Positions 24,593 to 38,900 of a stretch of DNA of 64,000 bases are shown here, piece after piece. The notes under the pieces are model-generated. The model was not told the DNA's origin. It searched no databases and worked only from the letters and a program-made list of their open reading frames with translations. A program made the translations under genes and the position numbers. This stretch comes from Trichosphaerium sp. ATCC 40318 (lineage: Eukaryota > Protista > Tubulinea): NCBI GenBank assembly GCA_038496445.1, contig JALMLS010000461.1, positions 242,769-306,768 on the forward strand, in the 5' to 3' direction. Numbering within the stretch: position 1 is the stretch's first letter; each line of letters starts with the position of its first letter.

Positions 24593-27500
24593 TCAGTTTT
24601 TTCGTTCTTCCAACAAAGACAGCCTACCAAGAGTGAGTAATTAATACAATAAAAAAGAAGAAGGCATCATGTCATTCTTTTGAAAAGCGTACCTGTGCTC
24701 AAGAGATTGATTTTTTTCTACAAGTTGTTTTGTGAGTTGCTGTAATCCTTCTATCATTTTTGCTGACTCTTTTTTGTATGCTTCGAATTCAGCTTTTAAT
24801 GAAGTCAAAGCTCCTTCTGTTACAGTTAAACTCATTGAAAGAGAATCACTAGCATTAGGAGAACTAGATCCGCTATCCTTAGAAGCACCACCTTCTTTCT
24901 TTGATTTACTTGATCGACCAGAAGATTCACGCGAAACCTCTTTTGATTTTGAGTCTCCAGCTCCAGAAGATGATTCTCTTGAAACTTTTTTCGCTTCTTT
25001 AGAATACGACCCTCTGCTTCTGTGAGTCTTCCGTGCACGTCTCACCTATTCACACGTGTTAACAGTAGTCCGTTACTTTATTGATGTACCATTGAACGTC
25101 TAGTGATTACTTTAGATTGCTTTATGAGCTCCTCAAGCACTTTAGGACCTTTGGCGTTGACAACAAAAGTATGCTAATTTTTTGTTAATACATGGATCAC
25201 GTGAAAGTTTGTTTGTTCTCCATTAATCGTACCTGTGATAACTCATAGGCTCCTGGTCTGTTTCCTGGCTATAAATAATTGTAAGTATTCGGTAAAGGGG
25301 TCAAACTTATTTTGTAAGTTGTACGTACCTCATCAACAAGACATTTGTAAATAAAGTCAAGTGTTTGCTTTTGGTATTTTTTTGTCTTTTTAAGGACACT
25401 GTATGGATTTGTATTCTCCAAAAGTTCAATAACAGTAATACCCAATGCCCATATATCGCTCTATGTAAAATATAAATATATGTCACCCAAACCGAAACCA
25501 GAAAACAAAAGGAAACAAAAAATGATTCTAAAAAACCCCCAAGGCATTAATCCGCAATCTGACGTACCTTCACGGAGTAATTGAATGTTTTCTTTATCTC
25601 AGGCGCCTTTAAAATACTTAGTAAAACTTAAAATACAAGGCATCTTTGTTGTAGAAACATACCATCCAATATGAACTTCCTGAAAGCTCTTTCCTTCCAA
25701 CAAGATTTCCTAAATGTTCGGCAAGTCCAAAATCACCTTTTTGTTGCTGTTAGTTTCAGACAGTCATAACCCTTAACATTATCACGTACATAGCTTTACA
25801 CCACCTTTTCTATCTAATAGTATATTGGCAGCCTTGATATCTCTAAAGCGAGCTGTAAGTACACAAGAAAACTTTGCTTTTCGTTTTGATAAAAAAACGT
25901 GCCTGTGAATTATATTTTTACTGTGAAGCAGAGCGAGTCCAGTTATAGTTTTAGCACAGACTTGAGCTGCTTGTTTTTCAGATAAAAGTAAAGGAAGGTT
26001 TAGGATATCTTTAAGAGACCCTGCAGAGCAGTATTCCATCAAAATCTATAAAACAATTACTTAGTATTTCATCGAAGAATAGATTATGTTAAACGGGCTT
26101 TCACGTACCCATGTGGAATTCTCTACACGCGCATGCCCGTAATACTTTACCAAGTTTACAAACTGACTACACTCCTTTAAAATCTCCATCTCCTTATTGA
26201 GCTTCTCTTGTTCTTTTTCTGTTCCGCTGACATTTTCTATTTTTTTAACAGCGATTTCTATTTGAGTATGTTTCTGCTTCGCTCTCCATACTTCTCCAAA
26301 TCCTCTATTATTTTATTAGAACTTGAAAGTTAATGGTTGTTAAAAAACAATAAAAATCACGTGAAAACTAACTTTTCACTGAAAATAAAGACAAACTACA
26401 AAAAAAGCTCAAGTAGGAAAGAGTTTGAAACTGTCTTAGTCTTCTGTTAATTATAACGTACCCTGAACCTAGAAGTTCTACAAGGTCAAATAAATCAACG
26501 CCATGACCGTCCCATTTCCAGTCCTAAATTAAAAAATAACGTAAGCTTCCAATGGAGTACTAATAAAAATCATTGTTGTTTGGGCACGAAGAAGCCACGC
26601 CCTTTTTTTTGTTTTATTATTTTACAACTTTTTTGTAGTTTTTTTCAAAAAAAAGCAGAAAAGAGTCTGACTGGCTATTCAGAGCATTCTCTAATTTCTC
26701 TCCTCTTGATGAAATAATGTACCTTATCAACATGTACTTTTGCTTCAAAATTTATAGGTCTACTTATTTGTTTTATGGCAGCCAACGAGTAACTCTAAAA
26801 ATAAAGTGAATACACCAAATTCCATTCAAAAAAAAAAAAGAGACATACCTGTATGTTCTTTGTGTGCGCTTTGATACTCTTTCCAGCATTCGCTGACCCA
26901 AAAACTAGTTTATTCTTGAAATCAAGATCGTTGTAAGACTCCCTTAGACCTTTGGATATGTAGGTCGCTGTGAAGGAAAATTAGCACGTTGGTTTTTTTT
27001 TTTAACTGTTAACGTACACATATTCGCGACTTCTATGACTGCACTGGAGTGCGTCCCATCTTTTCGTTTTCCGGCCACAATAAATACACTGTTGTTAAAT
27101 ACATGCATCTTATGTCCGCTGGTAGGTTCTAGTTCCACGCTAAGGGTCACACGTGACCATGATTTCGTTTCTAAAGTAAAGCGGTTAGAAACCAACACAT
27201 AGGTAACTCAGCGCGTACTTATAGAATACACAAGTAGGTCCTGTAAGAACTCCCTATCGTTTTCACCTCCGAATAAAATGATCATACCATTAGAAGGCAT
27301 ATAATCAAGTGCGGCACTAGATCTTGGAGAAGGACACCAACCAAACTGCGTGCATGATTTCCAAGCTAAAAAAAAAAGAGTTAAACACAACATACCACTT
27401 GTTTAAGAACATACTGTCGTCTATTGTGTCATACACGTGCATATCGTTCAAATCACGTGATTCTTTAGAACGTCCACCAAATATATACCTAAATCACGTG

Positions 27501-30500
27501 GTCACCTCTTGATATCACGTGGACAAATACTTATTTGATACACTTACATTTCATGCTCTATAACAACACAAGAGTGCCTCTTTCTTCCAGTAGGTCCATC
27601 AGAAAGCTTCTCCCACGTTGCAGTTTCTGAAAAAAAAAATAAGTCCAGGAATATTCAAAATGATGCAACAAATGTTGTGCGTTTATCTGAATTGAAGTTT
27701 TTGCCCGCCAAAAAACAGTTTATAAATAAAATAGGAGAACTAACAGAGTTAAAAATTAAGACTTACCAATATCAAAACTCCATGTTCCAGAATATATCAA
27801 AAATTCAGTATCTGATGTTCTACATACGCCGCCGTATACGTAAATCTTTCCGTTGACACCACCAGCAACATGACTCGCACGTGGTGCAGGTTTTTTACCT
27901 TGAACATCGATTTCCATGGCTACTTTTGTTTCTACAGTTTTGTGTTAAAATTTAGCATTCTTTGATTATTCCAGTACTTAGGTCTATAGAGTATACTGCG
28001 TTTGAATATTGCATGTCCTTATAAATACCACCGAAAACGTATAGAACGTTATTATATATGGTAGATGTATGACCAGCGATACAAAGAGGTTTTCCATTTA
28101 CTTCGATATCAAAGTGTTCCCATGAATGTGATTCTAAAACCAGTTAGTCAATTGCGTTGAAGTTGCTAATCTTTTGGTTGTTGTTACCTAGAGAGAAGAC
28201 AGATAAATCTCCTAAGACTTCTCGTTGCATATTTCCTCCATAAACGTATAACTGTCGCCTTGAATAAAAAATTAAAAAAAAGTCTGAGTATTTTTTTTTT
28301 CGAAATCTTGAACGCACTCTAGTATAGTTGAAGAATGTCCGTCTCTTGCTGTGAATGACTACAACAAGATATTAAAAAAAATCCATCACGAAATGTTGTT
28401 TAATTACTTGTTACGTACTTCTGCCTTTGTTTTTGTCCATACTTTATTCCTTACTTGTCTAAAAGCATTATCGAATGTTTTTTTCCATCTTTTCTGATCA
28501 GAACTTTTTGTGAAAGATAAGATGTAACATGATTTATCATAGTACGATAACTCGATAAAATGTCTACATTTTGAAGGATCAATATGTTTACCATCACCAG
28601 GACCAAGTTTATCATCTATAACAATAAGTTACAAACCGTAAAAACGTACACAAAAAAAGATACAAAAAACGAAGAAAAAGATCCGGCAACGTTCACGCGC
28701 CAGAAAACTCAAAAAATTCAAATGACGATTGAGGCGCCAGACAAAAAATCATAATCTTTTCTTTCGTACATGCTATTGCGCTAGCTATTTTCTTTGTGCT
28801 CAGGTACTTGATTAGGAGTAAACCAAGGAAGTGGTACTTTTCTTTTTTCATTTTTTGTAAAATGAGGACAGCGTCATTCCAGATGATAATCTTGACGTCT
28901 AATGTATGTTTTACAGAAATTAAATATGCCTTTAAGCATGTAAGCACTTTAAAAGCAATTTTAGAGTGGCACTGTACCTCAAAATCGTCGATCATTGTTC
29001 GTCCGGGAATGACTATTTCTACTCCTCTGGGAACATCCACAATACCATCAGTTATCTTTATACCGGTACGTTGGCGCTCTTCGTCGCCTCTGGATCGGTC
29101 TATACATTTGGCAACATCTTCCATTTGTTTTAGCGCTAGTGTTACATCACTTACATCGCTGTGTGTCTCTGGCATGGCTTTTAATGCTTGCTAGATAAAC
29201 ATATTAAAATAACGAAAAGGGCATTGACTACTTGCCTTTAAAAGAAGAACAAGGCGTAGAGGGCGTTGTATTGGCCTATTAAAAGATTAATAAACATATA
29301 ACCAAGGACGCGTACATAATTAAAAAATCAGCAATGCGTAGAGGGGATTTGAAAGTGTCATTACATTGCTCCGAAAATTTATCTTGGAAAAACTGAACTG
29401 GTCTACGCTTCAGGACTTTATGAAGCTTTTCTTGAGCCAGATCGTATTTTTTAGCATATTCTTTGTACAAGTTGAAAACAGAAGCCTACATCAGAGTTCA
29501 TTAGTAATCCGAAGTAGGAGTTGAAAATTGATAGTTTCAATTGAAAACTACAAAAAAACAAAACAGGCCATCTACGCACGTATTCTATGAATATTGCTCC
29601 TATGTTCGATTTACTCCAATCTTTTGTTGCCGCTAAAACACTTGGATGAAAGAATGTCGAATGGAATTCTTTCAAAGTCTTCAAGTTCATAAATATTGCG
29701 TTTGATTCATCGTGCGTTACTAATTTCTGCTCTAACAGCTTGTTTTGGCCCTCCTTCAAATCTACGTAAGTACAAAAAAAAACGAAGTTCGTTAAGAGAA
29801 TAAAGCATGAAACCCACTAAACTGTTGAACACAGTCGCTTATTTCTTTGTTTTACTTGCCTCCAAAGCATATGTAAGATAGTCTAAATAAGATTGTTCTG
29901 ATGATAGTAATTCGTCTACAACTTGTTTGAACTGCCCTTTTTGCGTGTATTGACGCAGCTTCTGAGAGCTAGTCAAGACATCCTCCTTCTTTAATCCTTG
30001 TAGAACTTTGTTTTGAGCTTTAGGCTGCGGAGGAGCACGATTCGGCGCGTTTGGTAGAGCCTTAGCCATGGCAGGCAATGGTCTTGTTATTGGAGCTTTC
30101 CCCTTTGGCACTGGACGCCTGATTCCTTTTGGAGCCATAGGAGCAGGCTTAGCAGGACGTGCTACTTTTACGGTAAACAAATTAAAATAACAACGCTCGT
30201 GTAGGTACCCGTAGGAGACTAAAACCGCGTTAACAGTTGTAAATAAATGTTTCAAAAAAAAGCCGTACTGCTACTGTTCCAGATCTCTGTCGAGTAGTAC
30301 GGTAAGCTGCAATGGTTATGTTTTGCTGCTGTTCTTCTTTTTCCATGCGCTTTAACTCATCAGGTATAGTATTACCACTGCCATAACTGACTGTATGGCG
30401 CCCTTTTATAAAAAAGGTGAATAACACGTGAAAAAAAGAACTGCATTACTTGATCTTCTCTTCTTCTTGCGTTCTGTGCTTGCTAGAGACCATATTAACA

Positions 30501-30832
30501 CAGAAGGGAAACGCAACTCGATAAAAAAGAGAAAATCGTACTTTCTTCAATGTCCTCGTTTGTAAGCGAAGCATCTTTGCGTGAAAGAGCTGGTGTAGGT
30601 TCTCGGGGCGGCGGGCTAAGAAATTTGTAAAAACAAAGAATTTGAAAAAACCGAACTACAACAAAAACTTTCTTACCGCATACCAAATCCTATAGGTCCT
30701 TGCTCTATATTATACCCAATTAATACCAAATTACCAAAAAACTTTTTTATTATTGAAAACTAAAAAAGCTCCGCAAGTACCTTCAAACAGCCTCATCTTT
30801 GACTTCACCGATCGTACTTTACGCTCAGCCAT
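24593..30832 (-). CDS. RhoGEF (DH)-PH-Kelch-CRIB-STE20/PAK-family kinase with C-terminal coiled coil, ~30 exons
   Basis: DH (VVDELLSSEQSY, FLIM-PIQRPLRL), PH, six Kelch repeats (YVYGG/YVFGG/ILFGG), CRIB ISRPINFEAKVHV, kinase (LGSG-GFGEV, IAVKK, IHR-DIKAAN, CDFG, YWM-APE, SDIWALG). Confidence 0.88.
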
Positions 30833-31456
30833 TTGGTGTTGTAATTAACACGTGCTTCTATTAATATTGCCTTTTTTCGGCCAAAATAAGTTCTAGTTTG
30901 CAGTGCTGGCAACCCTTTTGACTATAAAAAAAAAAATCACGACATAAAGAACAGGAGTTCATCAAAAAACTCAAGTTTGATGTATTTGTTCGATAACACG
31001 TGTTATATCGATGTTTGTTATACAAGTACCTTTTTAACGTAATCACAAGTTCTCTTGAGCTGTGATTATAGCAATAACACCGACAATGTGACAAATTCGC
31101 CGCAATTCAACAAGAGATAATAAAGAACTACTCAAACCAAATCATTATTAAAAAAAACATACTGTGGCTATATCTTTGTGCGTAGTTAATGTCATGCAGT
31201 GCTTAAAAACTGCATGCTCGTTTTTTGGGCGCTAATTTGCGAACAGTACGCATAATATCACCAATGAACTAATAACATGTTTATGCACAATAGCGGAGTG
31301 TCATTTGATAAGTCCGCGTTGTATTTAAGTGTGGTGGCACAAAAACCTCAAAAGGCACGTTCAGAACTGCTCCGCGTAGTACGTTTCTGCAAAGCTTTTC
31401 AAAACCGTTTAAACTGTTTTAATCCCGTTGACACTTGATTTAGATATTGTAAGTTG

Positions 31457-33068
31457 ATGCTTGAATTATTAGACACCGTTTCTTTGCCGCTTTACGCGAC
31501 TATATTCTGTGCGATAGCAGCCATTGGTATAGGATTCGCACTTGGCCGAGTAGTACGCTGACACGTTTTTCATTTCCTAAAATGCGTTTCTTTCGCTATC
31601 TCCAGCGCTTTAGTACATAAAGGAGCCATTGTAACGATTTTTAGGGCTCAAGTAAATCTAAAGGACCTAAAGACTACAAAGTAGTCGATGACATGGGCCC
31701 TGGATACGAGGTACGGCTTTTGCGCCGAAATGTTATGGTGAACAACTTCTAAAACTTCCAAAAACCACTCAAACGCTGAGACAACATTCGTCACGGCGAA
31801 AGAGCGTTACGGAATCTTTTACGGTCAGGGCACTTTTTGGTTTGAAGTCCCCATTTCAAAATGACCTCAGCTAGCATTTAATACAGCTTTTAGGGCGATG
31901 AAACAACGCCTACAGGCACTAGTAATAACTCTCACGCGTCACATGACGATAAACAACACATACCCCTTAAATTCAAGTATACACCTTATTATATCTTATT
32001 GAGGGTATTGACGCTTGTTTTAGGCAACTGTCAGTTGAGGAAATGAAGAAAAGCTCTCGTGATTTTTATGAACACGTCAAACAACGTCGCTCTGTTCGTT
32101 TCTTTTCTGATAAGGTACGTGTGGTTTATTCACGTACTTCTTTTTTGGATTGACGGCTTCTTTAAGGATGTACCTGTTGAAATCATTGAAAACGTAATCC
32201 GAGCAGCTGGAACCTCTCCATCTGGCGCAAATCAACAGGTACGAGGCAATGACAAAAAAATGTGAATCTCAACATGTTGTGTGTCAATCTTCGGGATTAT
32301 TATCTCCATCGTTGCCGTAAACCCATAATACTCATTCTCATCTACCCTACAAAGGCGCAGAGCGCATTTTTTTGGAAAAAGCAAATGAGGATGACCTTTT
32401 TTTTTGATTTGTTTTTTTTTGAGTTTTGTTGTTATAACTAACTTGATTTACTAGCCTTGGACATTTGCTGTTGTAAAGAGTATGGATTTAAAGCAAAAGA
32501 TTAAAGATATTGTTGAAAATGAAGAAAAAATCAACTACGAAAAGAGAATGTCTAGAAAATGGGTTGAGGATTTACAACATATTGGAACAGATCATCTAAA
32601 ACCTTACCTTACTGTTGCACCTTATATTATCATCGTCTTCAAGCAAACTTATCGCGTCTCTGAAGAAGGTAAAAGAGAACCACATTATTACTTTGAAACT
32701 AGTACTGGTATCTCTTGCGGTATTTTAATAACGGGTACGGAACGTCTAGAAGTCTTCTTCTTTTGCTTTTTTTTTTTCATTGTTTCATGCTTCACGTGCA
32801 ATTTCTTGTGTTAACATGTTCTATAGCCATTCATAATGCTGGTCTTGTAACACTCACAAGTACTCCAATGAATGCTGGACCGAAACTTAGAGATCTACTG
32901 GGACGTCCAAAGAACGAAAAAGTTTTGCTTCTGTTGCCAGTTGGTAAGTCTCTTTTTTTTTTTCCTTCAACACAGTAATACTTATATTATCTAGGATATC
33001 CTAGAGATGATGCAACAGTCCCAAATCTCACTAAGAAACCACTTGATGAGATTATGAAAGTATTTTAA
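31457..33068 (+). CDS. IYD: Iodotyrosine deiodinase (nitroreductase superfamily) with N-terminal TM anchor
   Basis: [60 protein letters not shown]. Confidence 0.95.
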
Positions 33069-33261
33069 GAACATCTAGCGAAGGACATAACCCAGACTGC
33101 GTGTTTTTTTTCAAAGAACGCAAACTTTTTTGTACTAATTAAATAAACTATGTCTATTTTTATGATACTCGCGTGAATAGTGTCTATGGCTGTTCTACTG
33201 TCATTGTAGTAATATGTAGTACGACAAAGGGATAATCGGTATGTTACATGAGTAGGTTTAT

Positions 33262-35569
33262 TTATGGACTTACATTTATCCATACATTGCCTGTGTTTAA
33301 TTTTTGAGCAATTAGATTTAGTTTACCGTTATCAAATCCACTTGTTGGTCCTCCGAACACAGAGTCTTTACTGAAGGTAGTGCATGCTTCTTGTGCATTA
33401 TCATGAGTAACTTTTTGTTCTGTGATGGCCCAACCAATACTGCTCTTGAGCCTACAAGCCTACAATGTAATTAAGCAAAAAATTCTGTTTTTCGTGTAAA
33501 AATGGTTGTACCACTGGAAGAAGATTTGAGCATGATTGAGACACCCAACGACCGTCTGCACCTTGTGAAACGCAATCTAAATTTGAAGTAGGCTGACCCT
33601 TAGCCCAAGACCATACTTGAGCCTCCATGAAAGAAGGTACATACAAATCAGGGCAAGGAACATTGACATTACATTTTGTAACTTGAGGTAATGTTGAAGC
33701 GTTTAGATGTATCTTATCCAATCCACCTAGTAAGTAAAGTTAATATAAGATGTACACGTGCAAGTATGTGTACCTCCGTTGATCGGTCCGTAAACAAGCT
33801 CTGCAGAGTTAGGACGAATAATTGAACCTTGGTAGGTCTGGGTAACTCCTCCTTTTAGTTTCATCGTGCAATCTGGAAAGTACTCAACAAAGTCATCCAT
33901 ACTGGGCTCCTGCCAATGACATAACTCTGGACCATACTTAGCGAATACTGTATCGTTCATAGCAGATCCATAATCAACTCCTGACATGAATAATATTTGT
34001 GTTCCAGCTTTTACCATGTCATCTATTGTGTCAGGCCATTTTCCGCCGTTTTCATAATACATCGGTGGTGTATAGATCTTTGATCCAAAATGCTTCTTTA
34101 GAGTTGCCACGAGTCCAGGTACTTTACCTATGATAACTGTTAGAAGGAAAAAAATAAGTACAAGAGAGTTTGACGCACCCCACTCAAGGAGATCTTCTTC
34201 GTCGTCAAAAAAAATGAGAAGGAATTCGTCTTTGTTTTCTGGTTTTTCTAGCCATGTTTGAACTTCTATGACAGCGTCTTCCCAACGTCTTTGTTTATCT
34301 ACAGGTATAGAAGAGAGACTAGGATCACAGCCTATTGTCTATGAAAAAAAATTGTGAGTTTTTGTTTTTGGTTTCAAATATTCTTTGTTTGGGTGCTCGT
34401 ACTTCAGTGTCCCACTCAATTGTTACGTTCAACCCAAGTTTGTGTATCAGGTCATTAATAAGGTCAATAAAATCATCAATATCAGGTTCATGAGCTCCAC
34501 CACAATGAGCAATACGCAACTCATTATCAACGAAGTGTGTATCTAACTCAATAAATCTAACCTACAAGACAAATTAAAATTATCACGTGCCAGATTGTAA
34601 CAACAAAAAAGTTTCGAATTGAAGAAAACAAATAAAATTCACGTGCCCCAAGGTTGAGTTGATCTGTTAAACTGAGGAATTGATTATTCGTTCGTAAATA
34701 CCAACTCTTGTCAACTAATTTGAGTATCTGTGTGTACACGTAGTCCTCATTCCCGTATCCATTTGCAAGTGTTATAGCTGAGTTATGTGTTCCTGGGTAT
34801 AATACATAACACATGTTTTGGCGACGTGCCAAAGTAGCTAAAGAAGACAATAAGACAACAAGACTTTTTTCTTGTATTCTGTCGTACTCTGCGTTTTGAT
34901 TGAATTTGAAAGCCATGGGGATACTGTAACTGTACCCGTCTTACATACTATAGAACAGTGTTCTCCACCATTACATACAACCTACGGAAGACTTAGTATT
35001 TGCGGAGCAATAATATCCCGCATTCTTTTTTTTCTGCTGTCAAAAAAAACCCAAAAGACTTCAAAATATATTGGCGTATTACACTGCTATTCAAATCCTA
35101 TTTTTTTTTTCTACACCTTACAAACATACGTTACGTATGTTTGATTTCGCTTTGTAAAAAAACACGTGTTTTTGTGGGCGTAAAAAGGTAGAAATTTGAA
35201 AGGTTTGAAAAGTGTAAATTCTCATCCCAAAATTTTGAGGAGAGAATTCAAGATTCTTGGTTTGTTTCAGCTATTTATGGTTCAAATGATACAAGTAATA
35301 AATGTCGACGCGAACTGTGCTCATTTTGGATGGCCAGTTGTCGAAAGACGAAAAGTACGGCGAATTTAACTTTCTGTTTATGTTTTAGCGGTTTTAATAC
35401 GTACTGTTTCAGTGCAGTTTACGCCAGGCGGGATAGTGTTGATTGTTTCACCCAAACCAAGTTTTTCTCTTGTAATATCGTCGTTTACCGTTATTTTCCA
35501 CGTTAACGCGTGTTGAATAAAGAGACAAAGAAAAAGCACCAACGCAAGGCTATTTGTATTCTTAGCCAT
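33262..35569 (-). CDS. Secreted PI-PLC-like (PLC-X) phosphodiesterase with Cys-rich lectin-like tail
   Basis: Signal peptide, PGTHNS, SLTDQLNLG-VRFIELDTH, IAHCGG, WSWAKGQP, GRWVSQSC. Confidence 0.82.
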
Positions 35570-35932
35570 AGAGATCATTACCACCGCAATGTAGACCCCG
35601 TTAAAATATGTTTTACCCGTTAACAAGCACTCCTAAAGAAGGTCTTTAAGTCGTTTTGAACATTTAAGGTATTTAGGTCTCGATTGCTATTGTATTTATC
35701 CCAATTAAACAAAATGTCTGTACCACTATCCGTTGGTACAAGTTGTGAATAGACGTTCAAGTTTTGACATCAATCTTGGTTGTTACCTTGAAAGACTCTT
35801 TACTTCGTAACATCGACTGTAATGATGTTGGGGTGGTATTATATCCCACGTGATTTTATTTTGTCAGTAAAAAAAGATCAAGGCTTTTTTAGAATTTCAA
35901 AGTAATTAAATACTCCAGCATCACCACTAACG

Positions 35933-38900
35933 ATGGCGAATGTAACAGAACCTTCAGAGCCTAGTGAAGCACCACCAATAGGCCCTACAATGCCACCTGA
36001 TATATTTCTTAACAATGCAAGCCTTCCCCTTCAAGTTGCTGCATTAGCTATCTCATTTTCAGTGCTCTTGTTTTTTAACCTGCTTTGCTATTTATTTATT
36101 CTGTGGAGACGATGGTATCGGAGGAAGACTAACTACCTACAAACAGCTAGTACACCTTCAACACGTGCTAGGATAGCGCAATACTTTGAACGTGAGTCTA
36201 TGTGGTGGGTTTGGCTTGTAAGTGTTAAAAGACATCCTACGTTTGTCTAAATTATCTTTTAAAGGAACTATTCAACGGTGTATGCAGTATGGCTTATGTT
36301 GTACTTTATTTTGTTCTATTGGGAAATGATTTTGTTACACTCCGAGGATTTGGTGTAGAACTTGGTCTAGCAGTTGTATTCACCATTATTTTCTTCTGGC
36401 GCCTTTATATAGCAGAATCACGGTTCGTGATTTTAGTGTCAAACAAAACCGTTTCAAAAGTTGTTTGGATTTTTTTTTAGACTTACCTTTTTTCGATCTC
36501 TAGTTCGCTTTACTTGCGGTCTATTTCGGCGATAGTAGATGCAGCTACTGTGTTTCCTATATATGCATCTCTAATACTAGATGGTTATGCGGTATTAAAC
36601 ACTCTCTTCTCTTGTGCAACACTTGTTTGGTTTTGACATTTTTTTTTTTGAAATAGGTTTTGGGATTCTTACGGATTCTGCGGTTGTTCAGGTTGGCTAT
36701 TTTAAGCAAAAAGTTTGGAGGTACATTTTATTTTGACAATGACATTTATATATAATTGCTAAGTATATTTTGTCTGACACATTTTTTAGCTACAAAAACA
36801 CGGTATGATTGAAGCGATTTATTGATTTCTTCCTCAGCATTAGACTTCGTCCTTCGTTAGCTTAAGAGGTATACACTAACGCAATCATTAGATATCGAGC
36901 TGGTACTACAGCACGTGCTGTGGCCGAGGCTTTCTCATCAGGTGAGCTATTCGTGAAGTTACATGTACTGATTTTTTACCTAGGTATTTACACTCAGTTT
37001 GCCTTGCTGGTTTACCAATTGATTGCATTGGTTGTCTTTTCTGCATCGGCTTTTCAGTGCGTCATTCTTCTCGTAATATTACTTACTAATACCATATTAG
37101 ATACATTGAAGAGGTTGGTGACTTTTGGGTACCAGTAGAAGAGCGTGAAACTCAAACTATTGACAGTTTTGCGTCTATTTATTTTATCTTTGTTACTTTG
37201 TCAACAGTCGGGTACATTTCAGCACAAATTGCGCTATTGGACTAACAAGTTGGACAAATAGGTACGGTGATATACTTCCAACTACACAGACAGGACGTGT
37301 TGTAGTCATTATTCTGATTGTATGGTGCGAAGAAAAACTTAACTGAGCAGCAACTATTGCTTACTATTTTGTAAACAGGGCTATCTTTGTGCTTACATCT
37401 CGTCTTTCTCGTATCGGATCTGTACTGGCTGCAAGACCTGGTAAGCTGAATAATGCTATGTACCAATGAATATACACTAACAGATTAAAGTTGTATTGGG
37501 TGATCTAGGAGATGCTCGGTAATATTTCGTAGTACCACTAAAATGTTCTCATTTTTTACATTCTAGATCATCAAATTATGTAATCATTACAGGCTCGATA
37601 AAGGACCAAGCATTACAAACAATCCTTCGTGGTTTGTTTGCAAGGGAGAAATGTTATGTTCGCCAGCCTCATGTTGGTATGTTAGTGTTTGTCAACTTCT
37701 TTCAAGCTCTTTTTCTTTTTCTTTAATTGATAAACTAATATTCTATTCTTAGGCATTCTTGACAGTGGAGAGGGACAAAAGAGTATCAAACAGATTCTTT
37801 ACAATCCCACGTATACAGGCCATATTTATTACAGGCAAGGATCTGCTATGAGACCTGCTGACCTTCGGCATATGGACTTGGGTATGTACTATTTGTTGTT
37901 GTACCTGTCGAAGTCTCATGTTAGTGTAGGCAAAGCCAGAAAAGTATTTATACTAGCGAACCCACTTTCAGAAAATCCAGAACAAGAGGATGAAAGTACG
38001 ATGAATGTTATGTGAAGTTTAATTAATGAGTTTTATCAAACTAGCTAATATCCTACGTCTTTGGTCTATAAAGAATTACAAGACATATGGTGTTGATGTA
38101 TATATACAACTCATTCTCGCAAAGAGCAAGAAGCGTCTATTATCTCTTCCAGCAGACTTTGTTCGTGCTGAGCACGTGATGTGCATAGAAGAGCTTAAAT
38201 ATGTGCGCTTAAAATACTACTTTAAGGAACTAACTAAACCAGGCCATGTTGGGATCTTCCTGTCTTTACCCAGGCATTATAAGCCTCCTGACCAACATGA
38301 TAAGAAAGACGTCATACTTGGTAGATAGATCAGTCGTTTGGAAAGAAGCCTATGGTGAGCAAGATAAGTGTTTTTTTGAGTATTTATTAACGAGTATTAG
38401 AACACGGTGCAAACTTCTTATTGTATGCCAAGACATTGTCTAAAGTATTCAATAACATCAACTTTATGGCTGCTGTCAACGTATGCCTACTTCATTTCAT
38501 TGAATGACGCTAACTTGAAGATTAGCTCATGTACACATACACACACGGCGAACTACTCATTATTGGCGTTATTGATCGCGCAGATGGAAGAAGAGTACTT
38601 CTCAATCCTGGCAAGGTGCGGTCACTCTAGCCTTTCTTTTTAAGAGTTATTTTAATCACGTGATTAGAAATACGTTCTTCTTGAAGGTGACACTGTGTTG
38701 GCGCTAGCATACAAAGAAGAAATCGCGGACAAGCTTGAGCTTGAACCTTCAAAGTTACATCGAGATAAGAACAAACCAGTGCGTTTTTACTTAGTATACT
38801 TTATATTGATGCTGAAGTTTATTAGCTTGAACAAGAGTTGCGAGCACTTGGTGTACAATTACCAAACTCGAACAAGCTAACCAAAGCAGAGAAGGAGTGC

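Noticed and set aside
29855-29860. Additional GC donor (GAG|GCAAGT)
   Set aside because: Phase fits the adjacent GT donor (GCA A|GTAAAA) instead.
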